A stretch of 64,000 nucleotides of DNA, taken from positions 928,911-992,910 of the forward strand of contig CBDBDR010000017.1 in the NCBI GenBank assembly GCA_965203965.1. Direction: 5' to 3'. This stretch comes from Thermodesulfobacteriota bacterium (GTDB lineage: Bacteria; Desulfobacterota_D; UBA1144; Nemesobacterales; JAJCZQ01). Position numbers and translations under genes: made by a program. Shown one piece after another: positions 1 to 10,946 of this stretch (positions are counted from its first letter, which is position 1; each line of letters opens with the position of its first letter). The notes under the pieces are model-generated. The model saw only the letters and a program-made list of their open reading frames with translations, was not told the origin of the DNA and made no database searches.

Positions 1-474
1 CAAAGATATATTAAGAAAATCTTCTTTCCGCAATGTCATTGCTAAATGATCAACTTTGGAAATATCGTATGAATCCAACCTCATTTTTTTGTGTATAGCA
101 GAAACCACAGGATTCACTCCATCATTTAATTCCCTTAACACCATTTGCGTGGCTTGAACCCGATGTATGACATTCAAAGTTTCCTGCGAAACCAAATCCA
201 AATTGAATCCAGCAGCACTTCTTAGAGATGCTATCGCATCTTCAATGTGTGGTGGTTCTGGAAAAAAGAAAACTGCAATGGGAACTTTATAAATATCCGC
301 CAATCTTTCAAGTTGTGGGTAGGTGGGAAACATCCTTCCTTCTTCCCAACCCATCAGAATCTCCTCATTTACAGAACTGCCAATTTTGTTGGCAATAATG
401 GCAGGCTCGTAGTGCTTGCGCTCTCTTGCCCATTTCAAAACCAAAGGATTAATATTCTCTACAGTTTTTGCCAT
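1..474 (-). CDS. HTH (XRE-type) domain protein, N-terminal ~158 codons only; gene continues past window start
   Basis: Reverse-strand ATG at 474-472, 1 nt after the TGA of the upstream methylase gene. The frame stays open to position 1. Translation MAKTVENINPLVLKWARERKHYEPAIIANKIGSSVNEEILMGWEEGRMFPTYPQLERLADIYKVPIAVFF has the pattern of XRE helix-turn-helix domains, which are commonly fused to ImmA/DUF955 peptidase domains. Confidence 0.5.
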   Translation of the reverse strand, partial: MAKTVENINPLVLKWARERKHYEPAIIANKIGSSVNEEILMGWEEGRMFPTYPQLERLADIYKVPIAVFFFPEPPHIEDAIASLRSAAGFNLDLVSQETLNVIHRVQATQMVLRELNDGVNPVVSAIHKKMRLDSYDISKVDHLAMTLRKEDFLNISL

Positions 475-475
475 T

Positions 476-3016
476 TCACTCCCCCCACCACAGATAAGGT
501 TTAATCAGCGATATAAAGTGTTGTTTCTCTTTTTTCGTCATTCTGGTTGAGTCTGTTTTTTCTATGGTTCCGTCCTCAAAGATCACGCTGTCCGCATTAC
601 GTTTACGGATTTGTTTTCCAAGGATGTTTGAGAGAGATTCGGCAATGTCTATGTCAGGATATAGGTCTTGGAGATTGATGTCCAGTTCACCATTTTTTGA
701 AGATTTGACAGCATGGGCAAGTTTGTCATCGCCGAAAAAGACGTATTGTTCAAACGGTGATCTTGTGCTGTCAATTTCTAATTGTTTGCTGTCTTCGTAT
801 CGGGAGTTTCTCAAGGTTTCTTCGTATTGTTCCATTGTATAGTATTTGAATGCTCCACCACCTTTGTATTTCTTTATTTCTTTTGAAATGCCAGATTTAT
901 CATAAGCCAAAACCTTTTTCATTCTCGGCAAGACCACGCTATAAAAATGGTCTCCCATTTCCACACCAAGCCACTTTCTGCCAAGTTTGTGAGCTACTGC
1001 CATCGTTGTGCCGGAACCAAGGAAAAAATCTATGACCAAGTTATCTTTTTTAGAAGTAGATTCTATTATTCTTTTTAATCCTAACTCAGAATTTTCAGTT
1101 GAAAAATTCCACTTATTCGCATAGCCATACAAATCAGACCAATTATCAGTCAGATAAATCTCACTTGGTTTCAACATCTGTGGATTGCCCTTACTACTCA
1201 ACCTTATTTTTTTAAGTTCTTCTAACTGTACGATAGTCTCTTGGGAAGGAAACCGTCTGCCCTTTCTAGGTAAAATTTCTTTCCCCAAAATAATTTTAGC
1301 CCTGGTGATGTAATTTCCTTCTGTATCTAACTTTATATTCTCCTTTGAAAATAATCTTATCAACTCTTTTGGTATAACTTCATAAGATTCTCCCTCTGTA
1401 TCAATTGAACGCCATTCTTGTTGTTCTCTTTTCTTAGTTGTATGTTTAAAAAATTGGAACTCACTGTTTTTTGAATAAAAATAAAATGTATCGTGCCAAG
1501 TAGGAAATTTTGAACCTTTTGTTTTGATACGGATTGATTTATTAATGATTATTTCATTCCTAAAATTCTCTTTTCCAAAAATCTCATCCAACAGGCACCT
1601 TACAATATAATTTCCATTGTAATCACACCGTACAAAGATACTTCCCTTATTGTTAAGCCAGTCTCTTGCAATCTTTAAACGATTTTCCAGCAAGGTTGCC
1701 CAACTAGCATCTTTATAGTTAGTGCGGTATAGAAACTGGTCGCTACTGTCCAAATTAAAAGGCGGGTCTATAAAAATAGTCTGCACCTTCTCCTTATATC
1801 GCTTGTGTAGTGTATTCAACGCCTGCCAGTTCTCACTATGCACCAGTTCCCCGTCCAATGCCTCATCCAAATTGCCCAGCCCATCAAGAATTTCCAATTC
1901 CAAGTCCTTAAAATGTTTTGTATCCAGCGGCAGAAACCTATAATTCCCGCCTGCGCCATTCTTATCATCAATGTTCTTCTGTCCGCTGAGAATGTCTTTC
2001 ATTGAAAATTTGTCATCCACCATTCCAAGTTCTTGCCATTCGGCAATCTGCTTTTTCGCTCCTAAATGTTTTATTATCTTCTTCAAAACTCCGTCCGTCA
2101 GTTTGTCAATCGTTACGACATAATTAACATTGCGGACAAACTTTGGCTTTTCCCACACGCGGCGAAGTTCATCCTCAAACTGGGCGATAAAGTCAATGAT
2201 GTTGTAGGCGGTGTCCTTGATCGCTTGCAATTGGGCGAGCCGCTTTTGTTCAAAGATGGTTTCTTCTTGAAAAATGTATTGATACATCCACAGATCAAAC
2301 TGTTCGCGCAGGAAACCGCGGGCGTCTTTATTGATGAAAAAATCCGCTTCAATCTGACGGCGGAATACGCCGATGGCTTTTTGCAGGTGCTCATCAGTCA
2401 GTGAAATACCTGCTTTACGGGATTGCCTGATAATTTCATCGGTCTTTGTTGTTGTGCCTCTTTGCGAATAAGAAACTTTGAGATGGACAAAACCACCCCC
2501 TGATTTTTCCCGTTTAACCTCCTTAAAAGTAAATACAAACTCCCGTTTTTCATTGTTTTGCTTGCCTTCAAACTCGGAAGCATCAAAGTAAAACCGCTTG
2601 GTATTTTGCGGTTTTCCCTCTTCGCTCAATTCAACTGGCATGGAACGCACCAGTACGTCGGATTTGACATAATAGAGCATCTGTGTTTTCCACGACAGTG
2701 CGACATCTTGCCCGTCCTCATAGACGCGCTCATAGGTCTTTGAAAAAGCTGGAAGGTGGCGAAAGTAAATGGAACCACTCTCGCAGAAGTAGCGGTGGAA
2801 GAAGGTATAGAGTTTGTCAAACAATTCTTCGCGAAATGGAGAGCCTTGTTCCGCTCGTTTGTCAATCTCCGCCATCAGTTGCGGCCGGATTGAGCGGAAG
2901 TAGTCGCGCTTCATACGCATCAGGTTGACAAAGCCAGAGTCGCCCTCAACTTCGGCGCCGGTGAACAATGCTTCAAGTTCGTCCAAAAAACGCTTTTCTT
3001 TTGCTTTACTGCTCAT
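476..3016 (-). CDS. DNA methyltransferase, beta-class N6-adenine/N4-cytosine type (Type III Mod-like or IIS-like), 846 aa with a ~400 aa N-terminal extension
   Basis: Motif IV (IFIDPPFNL) is followed by FRNEIIINK and then motif I (VIDFFLGSGTTMAVAHKLGRKWLGVE) near the C-terminus. This order and the FRNEII box are typical of Mod/IIS-type amino-MTases. No helicase/Res or endonuclease partner is adjacent within the window. Confidence 0.8.
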   Translation of the reverse strand: MSSKAKEKRFLDELEALFTGAEVEGDSGFVNLMRMKRDYFRSIRPQLMAEIDKRAEQGSPFREELFDKLYTFFHRYFCESGSIYFRHLPAFSKTYERVYEDGQDVALSWKTQMLYYVKSDVLVRSMPVELSEEGKPQNTKRFYFDASEFEGKQNNEKREFVFTFKEVKREKSGGGFVHLKVSYSQRGTTTKTDEIIRQSRKAGISLTDEHLQKAIGVFRRQIEADFFINKDARGFLREQFDLWMYQYIFQEETIFEQKRLAQLQAIKDTAYNIIDFIAQFEDELRRVWEKPKFVRNVNYVVTIDKLTDGVLKKIIKHLGAKKQIAEWQELGMVDDKFSMKDILSGQKNIDDKNGAGGNYRFLPLDTKHFKDLELEILDGLGNLDEALDGELVHSENWQALNTLHKRYKEKVQTIFIDPPFNLDSSDQFLYRTNYKDASWATLLENRLKIARDWLNNKGSIFVRCDYNGNYIVRCLLDEIFGKENFRNEIIINKSIRIKTKGSKFPTWHDTFYFYSKNSEFQFFKHTTKKREQQEWRSIDTEGESYEVIPKELIRLFSKENIKLDTEGNYITRAKIILGKEILPRKGRRFPSQETIVQLEELKKIRLSSKGNPQMLKPSEIYLTDNWSDLYGYANKWNFSTENSELGLKRIIESTSKKDNLVIDFFLGSGTTMAVAHKLGRKWLGVEMGDHFYSVVLPRMKKVLAYDKSGISKEIKKYKGGGAFKYYTMEQYEETLRNSRYEDSKQLEIDSTRSPFEQYVFFGDDKLAHAVKSSKNGELDINLQDLYPDIDIAESLSNILGKQIRKRNADSVIFEDGTIEKTDSTRMTKKEKQHFISLIKPYLWWGE

Positions 3017-3180
3017 TAAATAGTGTTTGATTTTAGGTAATCTCCAATCAATTATAACACAACCAAATAACTGGTTTAAAAGTTATCAAAACTAATGTGC
3101 GACTTCTCTTCAAAGTTAAATTGACAACCCCATACAAACACCAAATAATATTCAAACACTCCATTATCAGAGGAAAACAA

Positions 3181-4878
3181 TTGAGCAGAAAAAAAGAAAC
3201 TAACAACATAAACACCAGAAAATACTCATCACTGGTAGTTGAAGGAGCAGACAAGGCTCCCAACAGATCAATGTTGCGAGCAGTGGGATTTAAGGACAAA
3301 GATTTTAAAAAGCCAGTTGTTGGTATTGCCTCTACTTGGAGCATGGTTACCCCATGCAACATGCACATAGACAAACTTGCTCTTCATGCCTCAAAAGGAG
3401 CGGATGGAGCCGGGGGGAAATCAATCATATTTAACACTATCACAGTTTCAGACGGCATCTCAATGGGAACTCCGGGAATGCGGTATTCACTGGTTTCCAG
3501 AGAAGTAATAGCAGACTCTATTGAAACTGTTTCAGGAGCGGAAGGATTTGACGGATTAGTTGCCATTGGAGGATGTGATAAAAATATGCCCGGCTGTCTA
3601 ATCGCACTTGCACGATTGAATAGACCTTCCATTTTTGTCTACGGCGGAACAATAATGCCCGGTCAACACAACGGTAAGGACGTTGACATAGTATCGGTAT
3701 TTGAAGCCGTAGGCTCTCATGCCAACAAGGAAATATCGGATGCTCAACTGAAAACTATTGAGTCCTGTGCCATTCCCGGACCGGGGTCATGTGGTGGAAT
3801 GTATACAGCAAACACAATGGCATCGGCAATAGAAGCCTTGGGAATGAGCCTGCCAAACAGCTCCGCACAGGCTGCTGTCTCATCTGAAAAAAGAGATGAC
3901 TGTATAAATGCAGGCAAAGCTGTCTTGAACCTTATAGAAAACGATATAAAACCAAGAGATATAATGACAAAACAAGCATACGAGAATGCCATTACAGTTG
4001 TAATAGCACTCGGCGGTTCAACAAACGCGGTTCTTCATCTACTCGCTATGGCTAATGCCACAGGAGTGAAACTGACAATAGATGATTTCACAAGGATCGG
4101 TAAAAAAACCCCTATTCTGGCAGACTTAAAGCCAAGTGGCAAATATATGATGGCTGATTTTTGCAAAATTGGAGGATTGACCCCTCTCTTAAAAACTCTT
4201 CTTAAAAATGGATTACTACACGGTGATTGCATGACAGTTACAGGAAAAACGATCGCTCAGAATCTCAGAAACACAAAGAGCTACCCAAGAAGTCAGAAAA
4301 TTGTTTATGCTTTTAACAAGCCCGTTAAGAAAGATAGCCACATAGTAATTCTCAGGGGCAACCTTGCGCCGCAAGGAGCAGTCGCAAAAATATCAGGACA
4401 TGAAGGCACAAAATTCAGAGGCAAAGCAATCGTTTTCAATTCAGAGGAAGAATCGCTCAAAGCAATTTTGAACGATAGAGTTAAAAAAGGACACGTTATA
4501 GTTATAAGGTATGAGGGTCCTAAAGGAGGTCCGGGCATGAGGGAAATGCTTAGCCCAACGTCGGCTGTCATGGGTAAGGGACTGGGTAATGACGTTGCTC
4601 TAATAACGGACGGCAGGTTTTCAGGAGGCACCCATGGATTTGTTGTTGGACACATCACCCCTGAGGCTTTTGAAGGAGGAGCAATAGCCCTTATAAAAAA
4701 TGGAGATGAGATCACGATAGACTCGGGAAAAAGAACCATCAACTTAAACATATCAAAAAAAGAGATGTCCGAGCGAATGAAAAAATGGAAACAACCCAAG
4801 CCAAAAGAAACAAAGGGGATACTTGCCAAATATGCAAAACTCGTTTCTTCAGCATCCGAAGGTGCAGTTACGGGATGA
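3181..4878 (+). CDS. ilvD: dihydroxy-acid dehydratase
   Basis: Strong IlvD/EDD family match ([38 protein letters not shown]). The ORF track starts at ATG 3097, but TTG 3181 is preceded by the RBS GAGGAAAA and gives a canonical N-terminal length, so the start is uncertain between the two. Confidence 0.85.
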   Translation: MSRKKETNNINTRKYSSLVVEGADKAPNRSMLRAVGFKDKDFKKPVVGIASTWSMVTPCNMHIDKLALHASKGADGAGGKSIIFNTITVSDGISMGTPGMRYSLVSREVIADSIETVSGAEGFDGLVAIGGCDKNMPGCLIALARLNRPSIFVYGGTIMPGQHNGKDVDIVSVFEAVGSHANKEISDAQLKTIESCAIPGPGSCGGMYTANTMASAIEALGMSLPNSSAQAAVSSEKRDDCINAGKAVLNLIENDIKPRDIMTKQAYENAITVVIALGGSTNAVLHLLAMANATGVKLTIDDFTRIGKKTPILADLKPSGKYMMADFCKIGGLTPLLKTLLKNGLLHGDCMTVTGKTIAQNLRNTKSYPRSQKIVYAFNKPVKKDSHIVILRGNLAPQGAVAKISGHEGTKFRGKAIVFNSEEESLKAILNDRVKKGHVIVIRYEGPKGGPGMREMLSPTSAVMGKGLGNDVALITDGRFSGGTHGFVVGHITPEAFEGGAIALIKNGDEITIDSGKRTINLNISKKEMSERMKKWKQPKPKETKGILAKYAKLVSSASEGAVTG

Positions 4879-4904
4879 GCATTACAGGATCTTTTTGAAA
4901 TTCA

Positions 4905-6116
4905 ATGCTTACAATAGCAGGTAAAAAAATAATTTTAGGTGTTACGGGGAGCATAGCAGCATATAAGTCATGCGAGTTGATCAGAAGCCTGATCAAAGAA
5001 GATGTATCTGTTCAGGTAATTATGACAAAAAACGCCACTGAATTCATAACTCCTCTCACCCTGCAATCCTTGTCCGGAAAAAAAGTAGCATCAGACACCT
5101 TTGATCTGAACTGGGAATCAGAAATAGGACACATCCAATTAGCCGACAGTTCTGACCTTATTATAGTCGCCCCCGCATCCGCCTCATTCATAGGTAAGCT
5201 CGCAAACGGAATAACCGACAGTCTTTTATCAACTGTTATTGCTGCATCAAAATCTCCCGTTCTGATCTGCCCTGCAATGAACGTAAATATGTATGACAGT
5301 CCAATGGTTCGGAACAATGTCGGAAAGCTAAAAGAATACGGTATTAAGGTAATGGAGCCTTATGAAGGCAACCTGGCTTGCGGATGGCACGGGACAGGAA
5401 GACTTGCAGACGTGGAGGATATATTTAGCGAAGTTTGCAGAATTTTATACCCGGATGATCTAAAAGGTAAGAACGTGCTTGTAACTGCAGGTGCAACCAG
5501 AGAAATGATAGACCCCGTAAGGTTTATATCAAACCCGTCAAGCGGAAAAATGGGTCACGGTATTGCAATGGCTGCATGGCTCAGAGGCGCTGACGTTACT
5601 CTTATCTCGGCACATGCGGAAATTCCACCTCCATACGGTGTAAAAACTATCAAGGTTGAAAGCTCTGATGAAATGTATAATGAGGTAATGCTCAATCTGG
5701 AACACAAAGATATAGTTATTAAAGCGGCAGCAGTAGGAGATTATAAACCTACTCATAAGTCTCAAAACAAAATAAAAAAATCTTCGGACGGCATCTCCAT
5801 TGACCTTATGAGAACAAAAGACATATTGGAGGAAATTGGAAAGCGGAAGAACGGAGCCTTTGTTGTAGGCTTTGCAGCAGAAACGGAAAATCTTGCAACA
5901 AACTCAAAGAATAAGCTGAAGAGCAAAAACGCAGACCTTATAGTTGCAAACGACGTAAGCCAAAAAGGAGCAGGCTTTGGATCAGACACCAATATAGTAA
6001 GCATAGTAAACAGCAAAGGCAGGGTAACGGAGTTAAACTTAATGCCTAAGACTGATATTGCACATAAAATACTCGATATTGTTGCAGAAAATAATGAAAA
6101 ACAAGAAACCCGGTGA
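4905..6116 (+). CDS. coaBC: bifunctional phosphopantothenoylcysteine decarboxylase / phosphopantothenate-cysteine ligase
   Basis: N-terminal flavoprotein domain (KKIILGVTGSIAAYKSCELIRSL) plus C-terminal CoaB ligase domain, at the full length typical of Dfp. Confidence 0.9.
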   Translation: MLTIAGKKIILGVTGSIAAYKSCELIRSLIKEDVSVQVIMTKNATEFITPLTLQSLSGKKVASDTFDLNWESEIGHIQLADSSDLIIVAPASASFIGKLANGITDSLLSTVIAASKSPVLICPAMNVNMYDSPMVRNNVGKLKEYGIKVMEPYEGNLACGWHGTGRLADVEDIFSEVCRILYPDDLKGKNVLVTAGATREMIDPVRFISNPSSGKMGHGIAMAAWLRGADVTLISAHAEIPPPYGVKTIKVESSDEMYNEVMLNLEHKDIVIKAAAVGDYKPTHKSQNKIKKSSDGISIDLMRTKDILEEIGKRKNGAFVVGFAAETENLATNSKNKLKSKNADLIVANDVSQKGAGFGSDTNIVSIVNSKGRVTELNLMPKTDIAHKILDIVAENNEKQETR

Positions 6117-6295
6117 ATGGGTCAAATACCCAAACCAAATTCTAAAAGAGCAAAATACATAATAAAAAACAAGAAGGACATAAAACTTAAAAAGCGGATA
6201 AAGCATAAGGACATGATTAAAGATTTTACGGATTCAGAAGATTCAACTAATTAGATTACTACGAAACGACATTTAAAACACGCAAATCTCTAAAC

Positions 6296-7330
6296 TCATC
6301 CGAATGGGTTGATTATCACCTTTAAACTCTCTTTTGACTCCTGTGCAATCTCAAATCCCCTAGCACCTTCGGAAAGGGGTAACCGATGAGTTATCATGTC
6401 CAATACGTTGACTCTCTTACGTCTTATCAGTTCAAGTGCTAATTGAAGGTCTTTTGGTGCAGCAGCATAAGAGCTAACGATCTTTACTCCCGACCACCAC
6501 AATTTGTTAAAATTCACCTTAAATTCGTATTCGGGTTCAGATGGAGCAAAAAACAGTATCGTTCCGCCTTTTTCCACAATGGATAAAGCTAGATCAATGG
6601 CTGATTCAGCACCAGTGCAAACAATGACAAAGTCCATCAGCATACCGGAGTTTTTCCTGATCTTTTCGGAAATTTTTCCGTCCGATGCGAGGTAAACCTG
6701 TTCAGCACCAAACTTTTCTGCAAAATCAAGTTTAAACTCATTTACATCAACTGCACAGGTATATCCTGCTCCTTGACTTACGGCATATTGCAAATTCAGT
6801 AAACCTGCAACACCGCTCCCGATTACAGCTACTCTCATACCGACCTTAAAACCCGCTACCCTGTGTCCTCTTACAATACAACCAAGAGGCTCGGCAAAGG
6901 AACCCTCATCAAAAGAAACACCGTCAGCAAGCAGAAAAGTTCCCCTGTCAACGTTTATTTCGGGCAACCTTATATATTCTGAAAACCCACCGGGATCAAA
7001 ATATGTCTCTTTAATACTGGGACAGATCGTATGCCTATCCGACAGGCAATAATCACATGTATTGCAGGGAACATGGTGGGTTGCAGTAATTCTGTCGCCA
7101 CTTTTGAAACCAGACACATGCTGACCAGTTCTAGCAACCCAGCCGGCAACCTCGTGACCAAGCACAAGCGGCGCCTTCGACAGCCTATACCATTCCATAA
7201 GGTCGCTGCCACATATCCCGCTTGACTCAACTTTCATCAAAATCTCCCTGTCCCCTATCTTTGGAACTGGTAGATCTTCCAACCTAACGTCACTGTTGTT
7301 GTAGTAGGTCAATACCTTCATGGAGATCAA
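6296..7330 (-). CDS. Zn-dependent medium-chain alcohol dehydrogenase (threonine/sorbitol dehydrogenase-like)
   Basis: GHEVAG, a Cys-rich structural zinc loop (CNTCDYCLSDRHTIC) and Rossmann motif GSGVAG are present. There is a 26 nt gap to the upstream aldolase gene on the same strand. Confidence 0.8.
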   Translation of the reverse strand: MISMKVLTYYNNSDVRLEDLPVPKIGDREILMKVESSGICGSDLMEWYRLSKAPLVLGHEVAGWVARTGQHVSGFKSGDRITATHHVPCNTCDYCLSDRHTICPSIKETYFDPGGFSEYIRLPEINVDRGTFLLADGVSFDEGSFAEPLGCIVRGHRVAGFKVGMRVAVIGSGVAGLLNLQYAVSQGAGYTCAVDVNEFKLDFAEKFGAEQVYLASDGKISEKIRKNSGMLMDFVIVCTGAESAIDLALSIVEKGGTILFFAPSEPEYEFKVNFNKLWWSGVKIVSSYAAAPKDLQLALELIRRKRVNVLDMITHRLPLSEGARGFEIAQESKESLKVIINPFG

Positions 7331-7356
7331 CTGCTTAAAGTGTTGAGAAGTAGACT

Positions 7357-8175
7357 TTATTGCTCGCCGTTTTTCACTGCTTCAAACAACTCGTGTGCAT
7401 TAGTTGGGCTTTGATCTTCATGCACTATTGATCTTATAGCTCTTATCATGGCAACTGGATGGTCATCTTGCCAGATATTTCTTCCCATATCCACGCCCGT
7501 TGCACCTTTGTTTATTGCATCGTGCACCATTTCAAAAAGCTCGAGTCTAGTTTCAAGTTTGGGACCCCCTGCAATTACAACGGGCACAGGACAACTTGAT
7601 GTTACCTTTTCAAAATCCTCACAGTAATATGTTTTAACAATATGTGCCCCAAGTTCAGCACAAATACGACAGCAAAGAGATAGATATCTTGAATCCCTTT
7701 TTTCAAGCTCCTTGCCCACTGCTGTTATACCAAGCACTGGGACACCGTATCTCTCTCCTTGATTTGCCAGTTCAGCCAGGTTCAGAAGCGTCTGCCGTTC
7801 AAATTTGGTTCCAATGAACACCGACAAACCAACACCTGCAACGTTCAACCTTATAGCTTCTTCAAAAGAGGTGGTTAACCCTTCATCTTCCAGATGTGGA
7901 CCAATTATGCTTGTCCCTCCAGACACTCTTAGCACTACATTTGCCCCCGACCCGGGATCAACTGAAGTTCTTAAAACACCTCTTGTCAGCATAATGGTAT
8001 CGGCATAGGGAATAAGAGGGGTTATAGTTTTTCTTGGAACTTCCAACTTGTGAGTGGGGCCCAGAAAATAACCATGGTCAAGTGCGAGCATCACAGATCT
8101 TCCAGTATCGGGCTGTATTATCCGTGATAATCTGTTCTTCATGCCCCAGTCCATATTCTTCACCTCAATTCGCAA
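7357..8175 (-). CDS. DhnA-type class I aldolase (FbaB/LsrF/ADH-synthase family, DeoC-like TIM barrel)
   Basis: The 272 aa length and overall similarity fit archaeal-type class I fructose-bisphosphate aldolase / 2-amino-3,7-dideoxy-D-threo-hept-6-ulosonate synthase family proteins. Exact specificity cannot be read from sequence alone. Confidence 0.65.
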   Translation of the reverse strand: MRIEVKNMDWGMKNRLSRIIQPDTGRSVMLALDHGYFLGPTHKLEVPRKTITPLIPYADTIMLTRGVLRTSVDPGSGANVVLRVSGGTSIIGPHLEDEGLTTSFEEAIRLNVAGVGLSVFIGTKFERQTLLNLAELANQGERYGVPVLGITAVGKELEKRDSRYLSLCCRICAELGAHIVKTYYCEDFEKVTSSCPVPVVIAGGPKLETRLELFEMVHDAINKGATGVDMGRNIWQDDHPVAMIRAIRSIVHEDQSPTNAHELFEAVKNGEQ

Positions 8176-8268
8176 AATTTATCAGGTTCAAGATTGTATG
8201 TAAGCAAGGGTAAAAGTCAATCATGCACAAAGCTAAGACCCAGCCACTGAACCTGACGACCAAAATAG

Positions 8269-9453
8269 CTATGTTCCAGCTTTTATAACTCTGTTTGAAA
8301 CAACCTCAAATTTTTCAATTGCCATATCAACCTGATCTTTGGTATGCACAGCCATAAGTGAGGCGCGTATTCTGCACTTCCCCTGAGGCACGGATGGTGG
8401 CCTTACAGCCGGGGTAAATATTCCTTCTTTCTTTAATTCCTCAGCAAACTCAAGCGTTGGTCTCGGCTCACCAATCAGGATTGGAATAATTGCTGAGTAG
8501 GAAGGAAGTGTCTGCAATCCTATTTCTTGAATTCCTGATTTGAATCTGTGTATCATGTCCCACAGATGATCTCGTCTACTTTTTTCCTTGCTGATAATAT
8601 CAATTGCCTCCAGTGAAGCAGCAAGTGAGGCAGAAGGTAAAGACGTGTCAAAAATATAGCTTCTTACACGATTCCTTATAAAATCTACCAGTTTTCTGCT
8701 TCCCACAACGTAACCACCCAGTGACCCGATCGCTTTTGAAAGAGTTCCCATTACAACGGGCACTTTATTTTCCACGTTAAAATGCTCTGTTGCACCACTG
8801 CCTCTATCTCCAAGAACACCGGTTGCATGAGCCTCATCAACCATAAGCATTGCACCGTATTGCTCGCATATCATAGACAACTCCTTCAGATCCACCAGAT
8901 CTCCATCCATGCTGAATACTGTATCTGTAACAACAAGTTTTTTACCCCTATTGCCGCTGTCTTTCGCAAGAAGAGAGTTGAGTTCTACAAGGTCAAGATG
9001 AGAGTAAACACGCAAATTAGCTTTGGACATTCTGCATCCGTCAATAATGGATGCATGGTTCAACTCGTCACTGTAAATAAAATCCCCAACACCGACCAGA
9101 GAAGAGATTGTGCCAACGTTAGCAAGATAACCTGAGCTGAATAATATGGCTGCCTCGGTATTTTTAAATTTTGCTATCTTTTCTTCAAGTTCCCTGTGCA
9201 AGTCAGAACTACCGCTCACAAGCCTTGAACCACCGCTTCCAGTACCGTATTTTTCAAGAGCCATCTTTGCCACATTTATGACCCTCGGATCAACTGACAA
9301 TCCGAGATAGCTATTTGAAGCAAGAAGCAGATATTTCTTCCCCTGAATCACTACTTCCGACGATTGTCCAGATTGAAGCTCGGTAAGGTGTCTGAAGAGA
9401 TCTTTATCACGAATGTCTTTCAATTCGTCATTTATCCATTCTATACATTCCAT
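8269..9453 (-). CDS. bioF: 8-amino-7-oxononanoate synthase
   Basis: PLP alpha-oxoamine synthase family. YGTGSGGSRLVSG and VRPPSVPQG resemble BioF (FGIGSGGSGHVSG, IRPPTVP) rather than Kbl. It sits 10 nt downstream of bioA. Confidence 0.8.
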   Translation of the reverse strand: MECIEWINDELKDIRDKDLFRHLTELQSGQSSEVVIQGKKYLLLASNSYLGLSVDPRVINVAKMALEKYGTGSGGSRLVSGSSDLHRELEEKIAKFKNTEAAILFSSGYLANVGTISSLVGVGDFIYSDELNHASIIDGCRMSKANLRVYSHLDLVELNSLLAKDSGNRGKKLVVTDTVFSMDGDLVDLKELSMICEQYGAMLMVDEAHATGVLGDRGSGATEHFNVENKVPVVMGTLSKAIGSLGGYVVGSRKLVDFIRNRVRSYIFDTSLPSASLAASLEAIDIISKEKSRRDHLWDMIHRFKSGIQEIGLQTLPSYSAIIPILIGEPRPTLEFAEELKKEGIFTPAVRPPSVPQGKCRIRASLMAVHTKDQVDMAIEKFEVVSNRVIKAGT

Positions 9454-9463
9454 TGGTAAGAGA

Positions 9464-10825
9464 TCACTCGGGCTTTTCAGTAGCCTCTTTTATAGATTTA
9501 TATGTAACGCGGACGAGTTTTTTCAGGTCGTCCATAGGTATTCCAATCGGAGGCATTAAAACCACCACGTTACCGAGTGGTCTGATAAGCACTTCATTTT
9601 CCAGAGCTTTATCGGCAACCCTCCAGCCCATCTTCAATCTCGGTTCAAATGGTTCTCTGGTTTTTTTGTCTTTAACCAACTCAATACCAACCATTAATCC
9701 CTTGTTTCTGACATTTCCCACATGTTCCAAAGACAAAAACTCCTGCAACTCATCTTCAAGAAAATCTATTTTATCCTGAAGACTCTCCAGAGTATTATTG
9801 TTCTTAAAAGCCTCTAGGTTGCCCCTTGCTGCGGCACATGACAGAGGATTACCAGCATAGCTGTGACCATGAAAAAACATCTTAAATTCATCGTAATTAC
9901 CCAGAAATTCATCATAAATCTCCTGAGTTGTTATAGTAGCGGAAAGAGGTAGATAACCCCCTGTCAACCCCTTACCAAGAACTAAAATATCAGGGGTAAT
10001 CTCTTCATGTTCACAGGCAAACATCTTACCCGTTCTGCCAAAACCCGTGGCAACTTCATCCAGGATCATTAAAACTTCATACATATCGCAGTATTCCCTG
10101 ACTTTTTTGAGATAACCTTCGGGAGAAACTATCATACCTCCCGCTGCTTGAACGTAAGGCTCTAATATTACCGCTGCAATCTCCTTATGATTTTTTTCAA
10201 GTATTTTCCCAAGTTCATCAGCACAGGCAATATTGCAATCTGGGTATGATTTATTTAACGGACATCTGTAACAGTAATATGAAGGTGCACGGAACGATTC
10301 AAAAAGAAGAGGTTTAAAAGTGGAATGAAACAGATCAATCCCCCCAACCGAAACTGCACCAAGTGTATCGCCATGATAGCCGTTTTCTAGATATACAAAT
10401 TTGGTTTTTTCCTTGTTATTTTTATGATGCCAGTATTGAAAAGCCATCTTTAGGGCAACTTCAACCGCGGATGCTCCATCTCCCGAATAAAAGACTTTTT
10501 TTAATCCTTGAGGACAAATATCAATCAACTCTTTTGCAAACTCCGCTGCAGGTGGATTTGTAACACCGAGAAGAGTGCTATGAGCAAGAGTTTTGATCTG
10601 CTTGTTTATGGCATCGTCAATTTCAGGAACCTTATGACCATGCACGTTGACCCACAATGAAGAAACACCGTCTATATATTTCTTCCCCTCCGAGTCAATA
10701 AGGTAAGCTCCATCTGAATCTTCAATAACAATGGGATCCTTTTCCACATACTCCTTCATCTGAGTGAAAGGATGCCAAATGTGAGCTTTGTCATACTGCC
10801 CGATTTTTTTTGTACGGTCTGACAT
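9464..10825 (-). CDS. bioA: adenosylmethionine-8-amino-7-oxononanoate aminotransferase
   Basis: Class III aminotransferase with the BioA N-terminal signature IWHPFTQM and an appropriate length of 453 aa. Confidence 0.9.
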   Translation of the reverse strand: MSDRTKKIGQYDKAHIWHPFTQMKEYVEKDPIVIEDSDGAYLIDSEGKKYIDGVSSLWVNVHGHKVPEIDDAINKQIKTLAHSTLLGVTNPPAAEFAKELIDICPQGLKKVFYSGDGASAVEVALKMAFQYWHHKNNKEKTKFVYLENGYHGDTLGAVSVGGIDLFHSTFKPLLFESFRAPSYYCYRCPLNKSYPDCNIACADELGKILEKNHKEIAAVILEPYVQAAGGMIVSPEGYLKKVREYCDMYEVLMILDEVATGFGRTGKMFACEHEEITPDILVLGKGLTGGYLPLSATITTQEIYDEFLGNYDEFKMFFHGHSYAGNPLSCAAARGNLEAFKNNNTLESLQDKIDFLEDELQEFLSLEHVGNVRNKGLMVGIELVKDKKTREPFEPRLKMGWRVADKALENEVLIRPLGNVVVLMPPIGIPMDDLKKLVRVTYKSIKEATEKPE

Positions 10826-10946
10826 TTTGAGAATTATACAGAAACAGGTTGTTTTGGATAATACAACAACTCTTCTTTAGTATAAACAGGTAAAAAACTA
10901 CTTAACACTTAAAATAACGAGCCACTGAAAAACCCGGTAGCGATTA

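Noticed and set aside
247-504. ORF 247-504 (+), 85 aa
   Set aside because: Lies antisense to the well-supported HTH gene (1-474, minus) and bridges into the methylase 3' end. It has no RBS and no coding features, so it is a shadow ORF.
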